A stretch of DNA of 64,000 nt, from contig NC_086097.1 in assembly GCF_963921235.1 (NCBI RefSeq), forward strand, positions 216,382,001 through 216,446,000, given 5' to 3'. This stretch comes from Mobula hypostoma (taxonomy: Eukaryota). This document shows, piece after piece, positions 1 to 11,639 of the stretch. Every line of letters starts with the position of its first letter. The first letter of the stretch is position 1. The position numbers and the translations under genes were made by a program. The notes beneath the pieces were generated by a model, which saw nothing but the letters and a program-made list of their open reading frames with translations, was not told the origin of the DNA and did no database searches.

Positions 1-574
1 GTAGAGCCAAGCTTCTGATAAAGAAAAAAAAATTGATAAAATACAAGGAAGGAACAGGTTGTCCAGGTGCTCCAACCTATTCCGCTGGTCACTTCTATGG
101 CTGGTGTGTCCAACAACACATCCGTCCTATCATCTTCCTGGATACCCTAAACAATGAAAATTTCAGTCTTAAAAAATTCATCCGACCTAGCACTACAAGT
201 CTTCTGGGGTAAAAGAACAGCTTTCCTTCATTGTTTGAATGAAATATTACTGACCTATTTCATTCCTTAATCTCCTTGTTCTGACTCCAAGATTGTTATA
301 CATCTGTGATGCATATTCCCAGCAAAGAAGGTGTTTTCCCTGTACTTGTCTTGACAAGTTCATTAAGCAGTTGCAAACAGTGATTACTTCACCAATCAAC
401 CTTCTAACATGAAGGGAACATAAGCAAACCATAAGGAATGTTCTCATAAATTAATATTTTAATCCCTTATGTCTGAAGATCTGCAGATATATTGCCTTGA
501 TAATAAAGCCAGGAAAATAACTGTGACCCAAGAGGGGTGGGGGGGGATGGTATTTTAACTGCTCTGGATAAGGA

Positions 575-680
575 TCTGCCTGCATTACATCTTTAGGTTG
601 TGTTGGTTGTTAACACAAACGACACAGTCCACTCTATGTTTCAATGCACATGTAGATTAATAAATAAATCTGAATCTGAA
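575..680 (+). mobile_element. Decayed LINE/SINE 3' tail ending in AATAAA and (TCTGAA)n
   Basis: Resembles the 3' tail of the SINE at 13810-13920; ends taaataaatctgaatctgaa. Confidence 0.4.
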
Positions 681-3299
681 GTAGCGCAGTGTGAAGTGGG
701 GTGGGGGGGAAGGTTGTCTTGTTAAAAGAGGGAACCTAAGCCACCATAAGTGTGTCAGACTCCATTTTAGAATGAGATTGCAAATCCACAATGGTAAATA
801 ATTATTTTATGTATATGAGGCATAATATGTCAGATTTTTGAGTGATTTAGATTTAACACTTCCAAAATGAGAAAGTATCTGTTGCTAAGGGAACACCAGA
901 GCCATTAGATCTACAGCAACACCTAGGAGAAGCAGTGAGCCTTTCCAACGGTATACGATAAATCTGGTGTGATGTACCTCCCTCCACAATCAGATATCTC
1001 TTCCCATCATCTTCAGTCGTCTCCTGCTGCCTTCACCTCCCAGCCCCCCCACAATAACCTCGATCAACTTCCACATCCACCACCAGCCCCACATTGACCT
1101 CTGGAATCCTTGATTACCAGCCTCTGTTTGAGACTTTGCGGCATGGGCTTCCCCGTTCAGCCCTCAGTTTGGCCAGCTTCCAGGTAGAAATGGCATGAAA
1201 GGAATTCAGATTAATACTACCTCAAACACCAATTGCCCACTTCCCTCTCCTCCCTCCCCATGTTCATGACAAATGATACTAAATTTATATTTCTATAAAA
1301 ATTGACATCATTTCAGCATAACTACTAAATAATAACCAGATGATCAACTTTAACCAACTGTAATGCTTTAAAGTGCATTATAACATGTTGACTCATGACT
1401 TACAGTGTACATGGGACCATACATCAAAGTGGCTTAAATTTTGTCAGTTCTTGGTGAATCACCCAGGCCTAATGAGATTTTGACCATAAAGAAGAAAATA
1501 ATTTGACAAGATCCATCTGATCTCACTATTTTCTCTTCCATTGCCCAATGTGGCCGTGGCATTGAGTTAATCATAGTAGTGTGGAGTACTGTCATGATTA
1601 ACCTAATCTATAAATTAAAGATGGACAGATTATCAAATGAAATATGACAATGATTGGTAATGTAGATGAGACATCTTTTCTTCCATCATTCGATTCTCCA
1701 TCTGTATGAATTTGTTGGCTTCAGATCTGAAAGCATGGTCTGGACTAAAGTACAGGTGAAAGTCTGAAAACACAGAGTACTAAGAAGTCAATCATCTAGA
1801 GAAAGAGGCATCACAAAAACATAACCTTTAACATCAGACATCAAACCAAGCCTTTAAGCTCCAGAATGCTATTTGGTCTGGAAATGATATTATTTAAACC
1901 AGCTCTTTCATTCAGCTAAAATTTCCATTTGTGGGAAATTTGTAGGAAATCTGTTAACATTTCCATTTGTAGGACCTTTGCATGTGCAAACTGGCTGTCA
2001 CATTTTCATGCCTAACAATAGAAATCACACAATTATACATCATTCGGCTTCCGTTCCTGTTATTACAGCAAGATAAAAATGTAATCTTTTAACTGTTAGA
2101 ATTTAACCACTGCTGCTTCTATATAGGATGCATTTACCACTATCACTTTCCTTGTCCGCACTACTGACCATCTCATTTGCCTGTCACGGTGGGGTACACA
2201 CAATCAGCTAGTTATGACCTGACAAATATCTTTCAGGAATACAAAATCAGCTAATAATGACTTAACAACAATTATGATGGATTTAGTTGACCCGTATGTT
2301 GCCAGCTACAGAGGGAACCCTCCAGTGAACAGTGATGTATTGCCAGACAAGGTAATGGGATACGTTTTGAACCATGAACTTTCGTCAGCACTGAGCTCTT
2401 TAAAGAAAAGGATGTGTGCACACATCACATTTTAATGATACTGAATGTACCCTCTGCGGCAAACAGTGACTAGTCAAAGAGTCTCAAGGGTATAGATGAC
2501 AGCTGATAACAGACTGTTAGCCATCAGGAGTACTGAAATTTCTCTGCAGCTTACAATGTAGAGGCATTATTTTGTGAAATAAGGGCCAAGATAGGTTTTA
2601 CACTGCACCTGAGGACTATGAATTAAGGTAACATTTTCAGGATTTTGCCCACTCACCCAGAACTTTTTTTTTGATGATGCTACATGACCTTCAGTCACCT
2701 CTGGGTGAAAACCATCACTAAATCCTCACAGGTATTTAATTTTGCATTTGAACTACATCCTACGAGTGGATAACACAGCAGAGATAGATCACCTAAAGCT
2801 ATCCTACAGCTCAAGCAGAGGGGCTGTAAAATTATTCCTGTAAAGCTATTTGATCAAACATAGTACTTTGGCAACATTTTTTTCTCAAATTATTTGATTG
2901 GAAATGCATTAACTTAATCTCCAGTCGCCATCAACAATAAAAGACGTACCTTCCTCACACCTTTGGCAACAGAAACTCTGGAGAGTTAAGGCAAATGTCT
3001 GAAAGGCAGCATAGCAGGAAGTGTAGTTAATCCACACAAGGGATAAAGGTCAGTGAATACATCTTTAAAGACAATCTTTTTACAAACTCCTTCATAATCC
3101 CAACTGATCACTACACGATCACTCTTCTGCCAATGAACTCTATCAATAATAAGTACAGTTCATACGCTCATTGCATACTAATCATGGCTCCAAGCTTCTC
3201 AGTCACATCTCAGAGGAATGAGAACAGTTCTATAGCCACTTAGATCTGGAGACATAAGTTCAAAGATCACCGTGGCAGCTGGGAAGTTTTCAATTCAGT

Positions 3300-3510
3300 T
3301 AGTTAAGAATCTTGTTGAAACATATAATATTCTGAGGGAACTTGACAGGGTAGTTGAGATGTTTGCACTGATATCTGAGATAGTCTTGAACAAGGAGGTA
3401 TGGTTATACTCTTACAGAGTGTGGAGAAATTCTGAAAGCCCAGGGGGATGGAGAGGCTAGATCATTAGAGGAAATTTAAAGAGGATTTGGACAACGTTTT
3501 GAAATATCAA
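3300..3510 (+). mobile_element. Old CR1-like LINE 3' remnant
   Basis: Translates to LVETYNILRELDRV..EMF, similar to the CR1 ORF2 C-terminus at 40809-41114. Confidence 0.45.
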
Positions 3511-4175
3511 ATAACTGGCCAACTACTCACATGAGCCCTTCAAAGTCTCTAATTTTCAGGCTGTATGCCTGACATCCAGCACAGGGTGAGCAAAATTTCC
3601 ACCAACTGAAATTCTGAAGGCCAAACGCCATCACTTTCAATCTGTATCTCAATCTGTTCACTCATAAAATATTGTACTCTAATTCCCTGACTGAAACTGA
3701 AATGAAATTGGGTCACATTTGATTCCAAGTTGACTTTTGGATCTCATACTTGTTTCATCACCAAGTGTATCTTTTACCGCCTCTAATACATCACCTGACT
3801 TGGCTCCCTTTCACTCATCTGCCGTTGATATTTGATTAAATCTGGATTTGGATTTCCAAAGTGCGACTGTAACCTTGAGACCATGCAGAGCCCTTATGCC
3901 CCCATCTCCACTACAACAACTCATCCATCACCCTAGGTTTTGCTGAACTAGATTGGCTCATGGTAAAGCAAAGTCTCCACCTTATAACAAAAACATAAGA
4001 TCTTAGTAACACTCTGCAAGTCAAACACCATGTGCGGAAAGAGAAGCAGAGTTAAAGTTTCTAATCAAAGTTGTTTCATCAGATCTGGAAAAGTGGAAAA
4101 CCATTTAAGTTTTGAGTTAACACTCACAACACGCTGGAGGAACTCAGCAGGTCGGGCAGCATCCATGGAAATGAT

Positions 4176-4213
4176 CAATCAACGTTTCGGGCCGGAACCC
4201 TTCGTCAGGACAG
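4176..4213 (-). ncRNA. Minimal type I hammerhead motif (family B), weakened stem I
   Basis: Minus strand reads ugucCUGACGAagggu-uccg-gcccGAAacGUUgauu. Confidence 0.6.
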
Positions 4214-4664
4214 AAGCGGGGAAGGGGCAGAGACCCTATAAAGAAGGTGGGGGGAGAGTGGGAAGGAGAAGGCTGGTAGGTTCCAGGTGAAAAACCAGTA
4301 AGGCGAAAGATAAAGGGGTGGGGGAGGGGATAGGCAGGAAAGGTAAAGAAGGAATAGGGGACCGCACAATGGGTAGTAGAGGAGGCGGAACCATGATGGA
4401 GGTAGTAGGCAGGAGTAACACCTCATACACCGCCTGGGTAGTCTCCAGCCCCTGGGTATGAACATTGAATTCTCCAACTTCCGGTAATTTCCTCCCCCTC
4501 CCTTCACCTATTCCGGTTTCACTCTGCCCCTTCCCCAGCTGCCTATCACCTCCCTCATGATTCCAACTCCTTCTACTACTCATTGTGCTTTCCCCTATTC
4601 TTTCTTCACCTTTCCTGCCTATCCCCTCCCTGCTTCCCCTCCCCCACCCCTTTATCTTTCCTCT

Positions 4665-4965
4665 GCGAAGCCTCTTCCATGATGCCTACACTGAAGAAGT
4701 TTAAATCTTCTCTTCGACGGGGGTTCAGTGCTCTCACTGCTCCCCATCTGTAATTTCTTCGGCTCCTCAACTTTTCGACCACATTTTGACTCTTCTCCTA
4801 TCATTTTGGATCTCTGCCCCCCCCCTCCCACTTTCAAATCTCTTACTAGCTCTTCCTTCAGTTAGACCTGATGAAGGGTCTCGGCCCGAAACGTCGACTA
4901 TACCTCTTCCTAGAGATGCTGCCTGGCCTGCTGCGTTCACCAGCAACTTTGATGTGTGTTGCTTG
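4665..4965 (+). mobile_element. Short family A PLE derivative nested in the family B PLE
   Basis: 10-bp TSD tctttcctct at 4655-4664 and 4966-4975. 4790-4965 matches the family A pseudo-LTR 3' end (cf. 18830-18994). Confidence 0.85.
4863..4900 (+). ncRNA. Minimal type I hammerhead motif (family A), one stem I mismatch
   Basis: uagacCUGAUGAagggu-cucg-gcccGAAacGUCgacua; core intact, predicted cleavage after 4895. Confidence 0.7.
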
Positions 4966-5060
4966 TCTTTCCTCTTACTGGTTTTTCACCTGAAACCTAC
5001 CAGCCTTCTCCTTCCCACCCTCCCCCCACCTTCTTTATAGGGCCCCTGCCCTCTCCCTCT

Positions 5061-5100
5061 TCAGTCCTGACGAAGGGTTCCGGCCCGAAACATTGACTGA
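5061..5100 (+). ncRNA. Minimal type I hammerhead motif (family B), helix III mutated (ACAU)
   Basis: ucagucCUGACGAagggu-uccg-gcccGAAacAUUgacuga; 6-bp stem I. Confidence 0.65.
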
Positions 5101-5401
5101 TCGTTTCCATGGATGCTGCCCGACCTGCTGAGTTCCTCCAGCGTGTTGTGAGTGTTGCTTTGACCCCAGCATCTGCAGAGTATTTTGTGTTTAAGTTTAA
5201 AGTTGCACGGAGGGTAGGGAGATGATGGAATGAACAAATGGAGTAGGGTGATAGGGTGAGGCCAGATTGTCCAGGCAGTCTGGGTATTTACAGAATTATC
5301 CAACTGATTGAATTCAATTGAATTGACTTTATTTCTTACATCCTTCACATACACGAGGAGTAAAAATCTTTATGTTACATCTCCATCTAAATGTGCAATG
5401 T

Positions 5402-5731
5402 TCTTCGTAGGGACTTTGCACATTTAGATGGAGATGTAATATGAAGAACACTGACATGAGCGTCAACACCCGGGAGAAAGGTGCTTTGGACAGAAGAAGT
5501 TGGCACTGCATTGTCAAGAAATCAATCCCAGCTATTGAGGAGAAAAGACAGAAGAAATATGAAGCAGGTCATGAACGCAGATATTTGGTGCTAGACCAGT
5601 CAAATCACAAATGCAACCGATGTGGGAGACAGCATTGATCCAATGCTGGTCTTGTGGCCCATAAATGTGCCTGCAGAGACTAAACTCTCAGCACAGTCAA
5701 CATCGGAATCGATGGACAGCCGAAGAAGAAG
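5402..5731 (+). mobile_element. RTE-type LINE 3' fragment with (GAA)n tail
   Basis: ORF 5441-5638 has ALDRRSW and CNRCGR. Tail gccgaagaagaagaa. 13-bp TSD aaatgtgcaatgt at 5389-5401 / 5732-5744. Confidence 0.75.
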
Positions 5732-5741
5732 AAATGTGCAA

Positions 5742-5977
5742 TGTGAAATCTTGTAATGTGAGCATTATTAAAAGTAATTTAATACTAATTAGGATAATGG
5801 TGGTGTTTTACTCCAGTTCTTTTTACTTCCGGTGTGCTTTGTATATAGTGTTCCTGCCATGACGTACGGGTTGTGAAAGCCTCTATATATACATATCGGT
5901 TTTGACGTTCGAGATAAAGATGTTTCTTTGGCTATGAAATTGTCAAGTGTGCCTTTTTCAAGGTAGAAGTTACCACA
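5742..5977 (+). mobile_element. Candidate solo LTR
   Basis: TGTG...CACA termini flanked by tgcaa on both sides, TATA-like tract near 5884, CpG-richer than flanks. Absent from the equivalent position of the Rex copy near 55610. Confidence 0.45.
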
Positions 5978-6724
5978 TGCAATTCATAGTATTTTGTAAT
6001 AAATAGTATGTACAACAGGACAGTCAATATAGCATAGAAATACAATTGTATCAGCGTGAATTAATCCGTCTGATGTCCTGGTGGAAGAAGCTGTCCAGGC
6101 AGGGAAGCAGCCAGTCAAGATGCTCTCAATTGTGCCCCAAAAGAAAGTTCTTAGAATTTGGGGGCCCATACCAAACTTCTTCAACCGTCTGAGGTGAAAG
6201 GGGCACTGCTGTAGCTTTTTAACTACACGGCCGCTAAGTACAAACCATGTGAGATCCTCAGTGATGTTTATGCTGAGGAACTTAAAGCTGTTCACCCTCT
6301 CAAACCCAGATCCATTGATGTCAATAGGGGTTAGCCTGTCTCCATTCCTCCTGTAGTCCACAAACAGCTCCTTTGTTTTTGCAACATTGAGGGAGAGGTT
6401 GTTTTCTTGACACCACTGCGTCAAGGTGATGATTTCTTCTCTGTAGGTTGCCTCATTATTATTAGAGATAAGGCCAATCAATTTAGTATTGTCAGCAGAT
6501 TGGAGCTGTGGGTGGTGGCACAGAGAGTAGAGAGGGCTTAGGGCACAGCCCTGAGGGGCATCTGTGTTGAGAGTCAGAGGGGCAGAGGTGAGGCAGTTGG
6601 AATGAAAATAAACTACTTTCATTACAAGCTCAGGAATTCTCTCTCAAAACTTCTCCAATTAACACCTTTCTCAGCTGTAGAAGAAACACGGAGTACAATA
6701 AGAACATAGAAAGCATTCTGGTTA

Positions 6725-6900
6725 CAAACACAAGAGATTCTGCAGGTGCTGGAAATCCTTATCACACAAAATACTGGAGGAACTCAGCAGGTCAAGCAGC
6801 ATCTATAGAAAGGAATAAAAAGACGTCATTTCAGGCTGAGACCCGGCTTCAGGACTGTTTGAAGGGTCTTGGCCTGAAACGTTGACTCTTTATTCCTTTC
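6725..6900. mobile_element. PLE-terminus fold-back remnant with degenerate hammerhead halves
   Basis: Inverted pLTR end followed by gaagggtcttggcctgaaacgttgactc. Confidence 0.65.
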
Positions 6901-6905
6901 CAAGT

Positions 6906-7369
6906 CACTCCCTCTGGCTATCCATCCCATAGGATGATGATGGTTCCTTTCAGTCAGTTAGTGGGGTGGTACCCCACTCCTCAGAAAGGAACAGCGTGTG
7001 CGTGAATGGATTTTAGGTGAGTAGGGGGTTGCACATGTCCAGACCCACCCTCTCGACATCCCCTCCTGGATCCAGCGGCATGGTGGGGTCCAAGACAGCT
7101 GGGGAGAGTTCTGTTGCAGTGAATGGCCAGACCAAGCTTCGATGTAAGGGATGCCCTTTCCGCGCTTCACGGCACGTGTTTGCTAGATGGCTGTTAACCC
7201 TTTCAAGAGTGTTCATCCACCTTTTGACAGGTCTTGTTTTTCATCCTGCAGGGTGTCTAGCCACCCGACTCACCAGGCAAGCCTGGTGGGGGAGCTGATT
7301 TCGTCGCCGACCATGCAACAGGTAGTGCTGGGTTACATGGTACCAGCAGCACTCAGACGAGTGACCTGA
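6906..7369 (-). mobile_element. Non-autonomous RTE-related element
   Basis: 3' end gaccatcatcatc..ggatagcca resembles that of the RTE element at 62994-63410. GC/CpG-rich. ccaagt duplicated at 6900-6905 / 7370-7375. Confidence 0.55.
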
Positions 7370-8009
7370 CCAAGTATTCAAGTTAAGGCTCTTCAATGTC
7401 TATCACCAAAATGATTCATTCACTATATTGTTATGAAGTTTGAAGGAAAGGTAGTTAGAGAATCAGGATGTGTGTTAAACGTAACAAAATTTTTCTTATT
7501 GATCTACTTGATATCTATTCTTATCAGACTTGTCATTAATGACCTCTGTAGATATAGTGAAAGTCCCGGTTTCACAACTAAAATCTTTATTGTATTTTAT
7601 GTCTTTACCACAACAGTATAAGCTTGAGATGTATTCAGCAGCTCGGTCGTCTGAACTCGTGAGGTACTATGAGCCTCTCAATACAGTAAGACTGTGATCT
7701 GTACACTTGGCCATTATTCTCACTCTGTCACTATCAGTGAGCCAATTTAGCAATCCAAGCTCAATGAGCAACGTAACAGGAGCAGCATCAAACATACCTT
7801 AAAGTGCAAGTGCCAATTTCCAAAGCTGGAACATAAAACAAACAATAAGATGTTCCACCCTGGAAAAACCTGTTGTAGAGATAACGAAGTCACTACAACT
7901 TAGATCAATAGCACACTTGTTGACAGGACTTTACAGAAGCAAAATAACTACACTTGTTAATAAGCTACAGAAGTGTCAGTTATCAAAAACCACATTAAAT
8001 GTAACATAG

Positions 8010-8225
8010 ACGAAATGCTGGGGGAACTCAGCAGGCCAGGCAGCATCTATGGAGGGAAATAAACAGTCAGTGTTCTGGCCCGAGATTCTTCAGCAGGACT
8101 CTCTGCCCGAAACGTCAACTGTTTATTCCCCTCCATAGATGCTGCCTGACCTCCTGAGTTCCTCCAGCATTTTGAGTGGGTGTTGCTCAAGATTTCCAGT
8201 GCCTGCAGAATCGATTGTGTGTTTA
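8010..8225. mobile_element. PLE-terminus fold-back element
   Basis: 8013-8070 is the imperfect reverse complement of 8113-8174; degenerate hammerhead remnants in the centre. Confidence 0.75.
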
Positions 8226-8479
8226 AAAGGTCCTGTAAACAGGCCTATAATTTTGTGACAAATAACTTGAAAGTGCAAAAGATTTCCCAGGCGCTGCGAT
8301 ATTTCAGCTCTCACTTTGAGGAAATAGCTTTGTTCTGATGCTCTGAAAAATATTCAAGATAAATTGAATGAGATATTGGGGAATGGACCTACATCACTAT
8401 ACAGCACAATATTAATATTTATTTCAACAGACTTAAAATTGTCCATTTTAAAATTTGCTTATTATATTTAGCTGTCATG

Positions 8480-8590
8480 GTGACTGTTTATTCATTTCCA
8501 TAGATGCTGCCTGATCTGTCAAGTTCCTCCAGCATTTTGTTTGTGTTGCTTTGGATTTCCAGCATCTGCAGACTTTCTTGTGTTTAAGAT
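8480..8590 (+). mobile_element. Isolated PLE pseudo-LTR 3' tail
   Basis: gactgttt..ccatagatgctgcctga..ccagcatctgcaga motif. Similar remnants at 12830-12990, 15560-15735, 19345-19455, 22530-22610 and 34790-34930. Confidence 0.7.
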
Positions 8591-9039
8591 TGGCTTCCAA
8601 GACATTGCTCTCTCTCAGTTGGCTGTGAAGTAAAGACTAACACCATATTTCAAGGGTAAGATTATCTAACATATGTTAGCTGTTGTTTTTAAAACTTGGT
8701 TCTATGAAGAGATTTAAAACAACAGTGTTCAGGGAATAAGAACTCTTAGCAATGCCATAAGATGAAATTCATCATTTTCATCCTGATTATCCACACAGAA
8801 TTGATACAATATCATTTTACAAGTCAACTGGTTACCGGTAACAAGTAATTTAGATTTCTATTGAAGATGGAATTTGAAAAAAAAAGTTTTAGCAAAGCTA
8901 GTCTGCAGGTGTTAAATGCCGGAAAGATCAACATCCACTCCATTACATCTATCTAGGGAAATGCATCTATAGTGTAATCTGGTGACGATTTGAGGATAAG
9001 TACTACTCATCTCTAAACAGAGCAATAAAGTGTGGAGAC

Positions 9040-9790
9040 AAGCCTTTCCCCCTTATGAGTCCATGCTGACCATGATGCTGACATATTCGGTCCCAATTTC
9101 CTGCATTCAGTCCATAACCCTAAGAGTACCTGTCCAAGAGCTTCTTGAATGATACTATTGTATCTTCCTCAACCGCTTTCCATATATTCACCACTCTGTG
9201 TGTGAAAAAGTTGTCCCTCTAGCCCTTTTAAAGCTCTCACCCTAAAGCTATACCCCCTAGTTTTGAACTCCCCTACACTAGTGACAAGACTGCTAAAATC
9301 CACCTTATCTACGCCTCTCATAATTTTATAGACCATTATAAGGTCACCCCTCATTTTCCTATGCTCTGAGAGATAAAGTCTAAGCTTAGCCAATCTCTCC
9401 CTATAACTCAGGCTCTCTAGTCCTGGCAACATCCTTGTACATCTTTTCTGCACTCTTTCCACATCATTCCTACAAGATTACCAAAACTGTACACAATACT
9501 CCAAATGTGGCCTCACCATTGACTTAGACAACTTCAACATAATATCTTAACTCATATAATCAATGCCCTGACTGATGAAGGCCAGCATGTTTCAGAACCC
9601 TGTCTACCTGCAGCGCTGCTTTCAATAAACGATGTACTTGTATTCCGAGGTCCCTCTGTTCCATGACACTCCTTAATGCCCTACTGTATAAATTCCACGT
9701 TCTGCAAAATGCATCACCTCATATTTAACAGATTGAACTCCATTTGCCATTCTTTGGCCCACTTCCCTAACTAATCCCAGCCCCATGATA
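9040..9790 (-). mobile_element. CR1 LINE 3' portion, decayed
   Basis: ORF 9169-9462 has ERVQKR.TRMLPGLE.LSYRERL..L.LY...RGDLI.VYKIMRG. Confidence 0.85.
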
Positions 9791-9827
9791 ATCTAAAACA
9801 AGGGAAGATCTGCAGAGCAGTAATCCA

Positions 9828-10058
9828 ACCACAAACATGAGAAAATCTGCAGATGCTGGAAATCCAAGCAACACACACAAAATGCTGAAGGAACTCAGCA
9901 GGCCAGGCAGCATCCATGGAAAAGAGTGAACAGTCAATGTTTCAGATCGAGACCCTTCATCATGTCCTGATTAAAGGTCTCGGCCCAAAACATCGACTGT
10001 TTACTCTTTTCCATAGATGCTGCCTGACCTGCTGTGTTCCTCCAGCATTTTGTGTGTA
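9828..10058. mobile_element. PLE-terminus fold-back element
   Basis: 9872-9960 and 9965-10057 are imperfect inverted repeats with two degenerate hammerhead halves meeting at the centre. Confidence 0.8.
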
Positions 10059-10952
10059 CACTGTATTCCCCTGGCAATCTATTTTAAACACTTTCCTGTA
10101 ACACTAGCAAATTTCCCTTCAAGGATATTTGCCCTTCTCTGCTTCAAGTGCAATCGTAGATCGTTTCTACCTCAGTAGAGACCCAAATGGACCAAGAGCC
10201 TATGTCAATACCTCCTGCACCCGTGCCTCAGCCACAAATTCATCTGACCTATGATTCTATTTGAAGATAAGCCTGACTAATCGTTGCATGTGTTTGCACA
10301 GCACTCATCCTTATGCTTTATAAGAGTATCAAAATAAGTTTAAATGAAAATTGCATTTCAAATTAAATGTATATAAAAAGAGAAGATAAAAGTGTGCATA
10401 AAAATATGTCGTATTTGATTGGTTATTCTAACAGAGCGCAGGGACACTGAATGTATATTTGATTGGTTATTCTAATGGAATGCTGGGAACTGGACTGTGA
10501 AGCATCATAAAAAGATTCATGTGAATAAGTACATTAGCAATAAAGATAACATAGTGTGGCTGCTGCCCCTGGATGATTGCACAAAGGAAATTGAAATCTC
10601 AGTGTTTATAGATAATAATCATTAAATATGCTTTGTATAAAAGAAAGGACCGTCCTGTTGTGGGTGAACATCTCAGTAAATATTATGGGAAATATGCTCA
10701 TGGAAAGAAAATTCACTCAAAAGAATAAATTTTGGTTGAAGGTAATTACAGCCATATCAGATAGGCTGAGAGATTTTAATGCAGGAGCTAGTACGCAAAA
10801 AAAATCATTGATTTTGAACCACATTACTTATCTATCTATATTTCACATTTATTTGAAAAGTGTGCAGAAGTGATTGCTGCAAGGTCAGTTAGAAGTTGAA
10901 AACAAACTTCTGCAAAGGTTTGGCAAAGATCTGCACAGGAAAGCACCAAACA

Positions 10953-11597
10953 GCCTTTTATATATTGGCGAGACCCGACGCAGACTGGGAGATGGTTTTG
11001 CTGAACACCTACTCTCTGTCCGCCAGAGAAAGCAGGATCTCCCAGTGGCCACACATTTTAATTCCACATCCCATTCCCATTCTGACATGTCTATCCACGG
11101 CCTCCTCTACTGTAAAGATGAAGCCACACTCAGGCTAGAGGAACAATACCTTATATTCCATCTGGGTAGCCTCCAACCTGATGGCATGAACATCGACTTC
11201 TCTAACTTCCGCTAATGCCCCACCTCCCCCTCGTACCCCATCTGTTACTTATTTTTATACGCACATTCTTTCTCTCACTCTCCTTTTTCTCCCTCTGTCC
11301 CTCTGAATATACCCCTTGCCCATCCTCTGGGTCCCCCCCCCCTTGTCTTTCTTCCCGGACCTCCTGTCCCATGATCCTCTCGTATCCCTTTTGCCAATCA
11401 CCTGTCCAGCTCTTGGCTCCATCCCTCTCCCTCCTGTCTTCTCCTATCGTTTTGGATCTCCCCCTCCCCCTCCAACTTTCAAATCCCTTCAGTTAGTCCT
11501 GACGAAGGGTCTCGGCCTGAAACGTCGACTGCACCTCTTCCTAGAGATGCTGCCTGGCCTGCTGCGTTCACCAGCAACTTTTATGTGTGTAGCTTGT
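10953..11597 (+). mobile_element. Penelope-like element family A (Neptune-like): GIY-YIG C-terminus plus pseudo-LTR
   Basis: LLYIGETRRRLGD.FAEH...LRLEEQ.LIF.LGSLQPDGMNIDFSNFR* ending at 11215, then a pyrimidine-rich pLTR and a hammerhead. Confidence 0.9.
11494..11531 (+). ncRNA. Minimal type I hammerhead ribozyme motif, apparently intact
   Basis: uaguc CUGACGA(11499-11505) agggu-cucg-gccu GAA ac GUC(11524-11526) gacug. Stem I uaguc/gacug; palindromic ACGU helix III. Confidence 0.8.
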
Positions 11598-11639
11598 ATT
11601 TAACACTATTTTATCCTTTCATAAGTGTGAATAGCTGAA

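Larger units (their letters stand above)
4119..5192 (+). mobile_element. Penelope-like element (family B): inverted pseudo-LTR (4119-~4410), then GIY-YIG C-terminus and pseudo-LTR
   Basis: 4418-4487 encodes ..HLIHRLGSLQPLGMNIEFSNFR*. 4119-4410 is the reverse complement of 4550-5160 once the nested insert is removed. Possible TSD tttaagttt at 4104-4112 / 5190-5198. Confidence 0.85.
5305..6590 (-). mobile_element. Rex/Babar-type LINE 3' portion (decayed RT), interrupted by two insertions
   Basis: ORF 5984-6622 has LNT.APQGC.LSPL, ADN, WCQENNLSLNV.KTKEL.VDYRR and LRRLKKFG..IESILTGC. (AATTG)n-type tail at 5305-5325. A second copy lies at 55522-56348. Confidence 0.85.

Noticed and set aside
9568..9590. 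CTGATGA as an additional hammerhead
   Set aside because: Lies in CR1 antisense sequence and has no GAAAC or stem partners.
10874..11215. Fusion ORF with unique N-terminus plus GIY-YIG
   Set aside because: Non-ATG start; consistent with chance read-through of flank into a truncated PLE.
11215..11603. Pro/Ser/Leu-rich ORFs repeated at several loci
   Set aside because: By-products of the pyrimidine-rich pLTR; frames are not preserved between copies.
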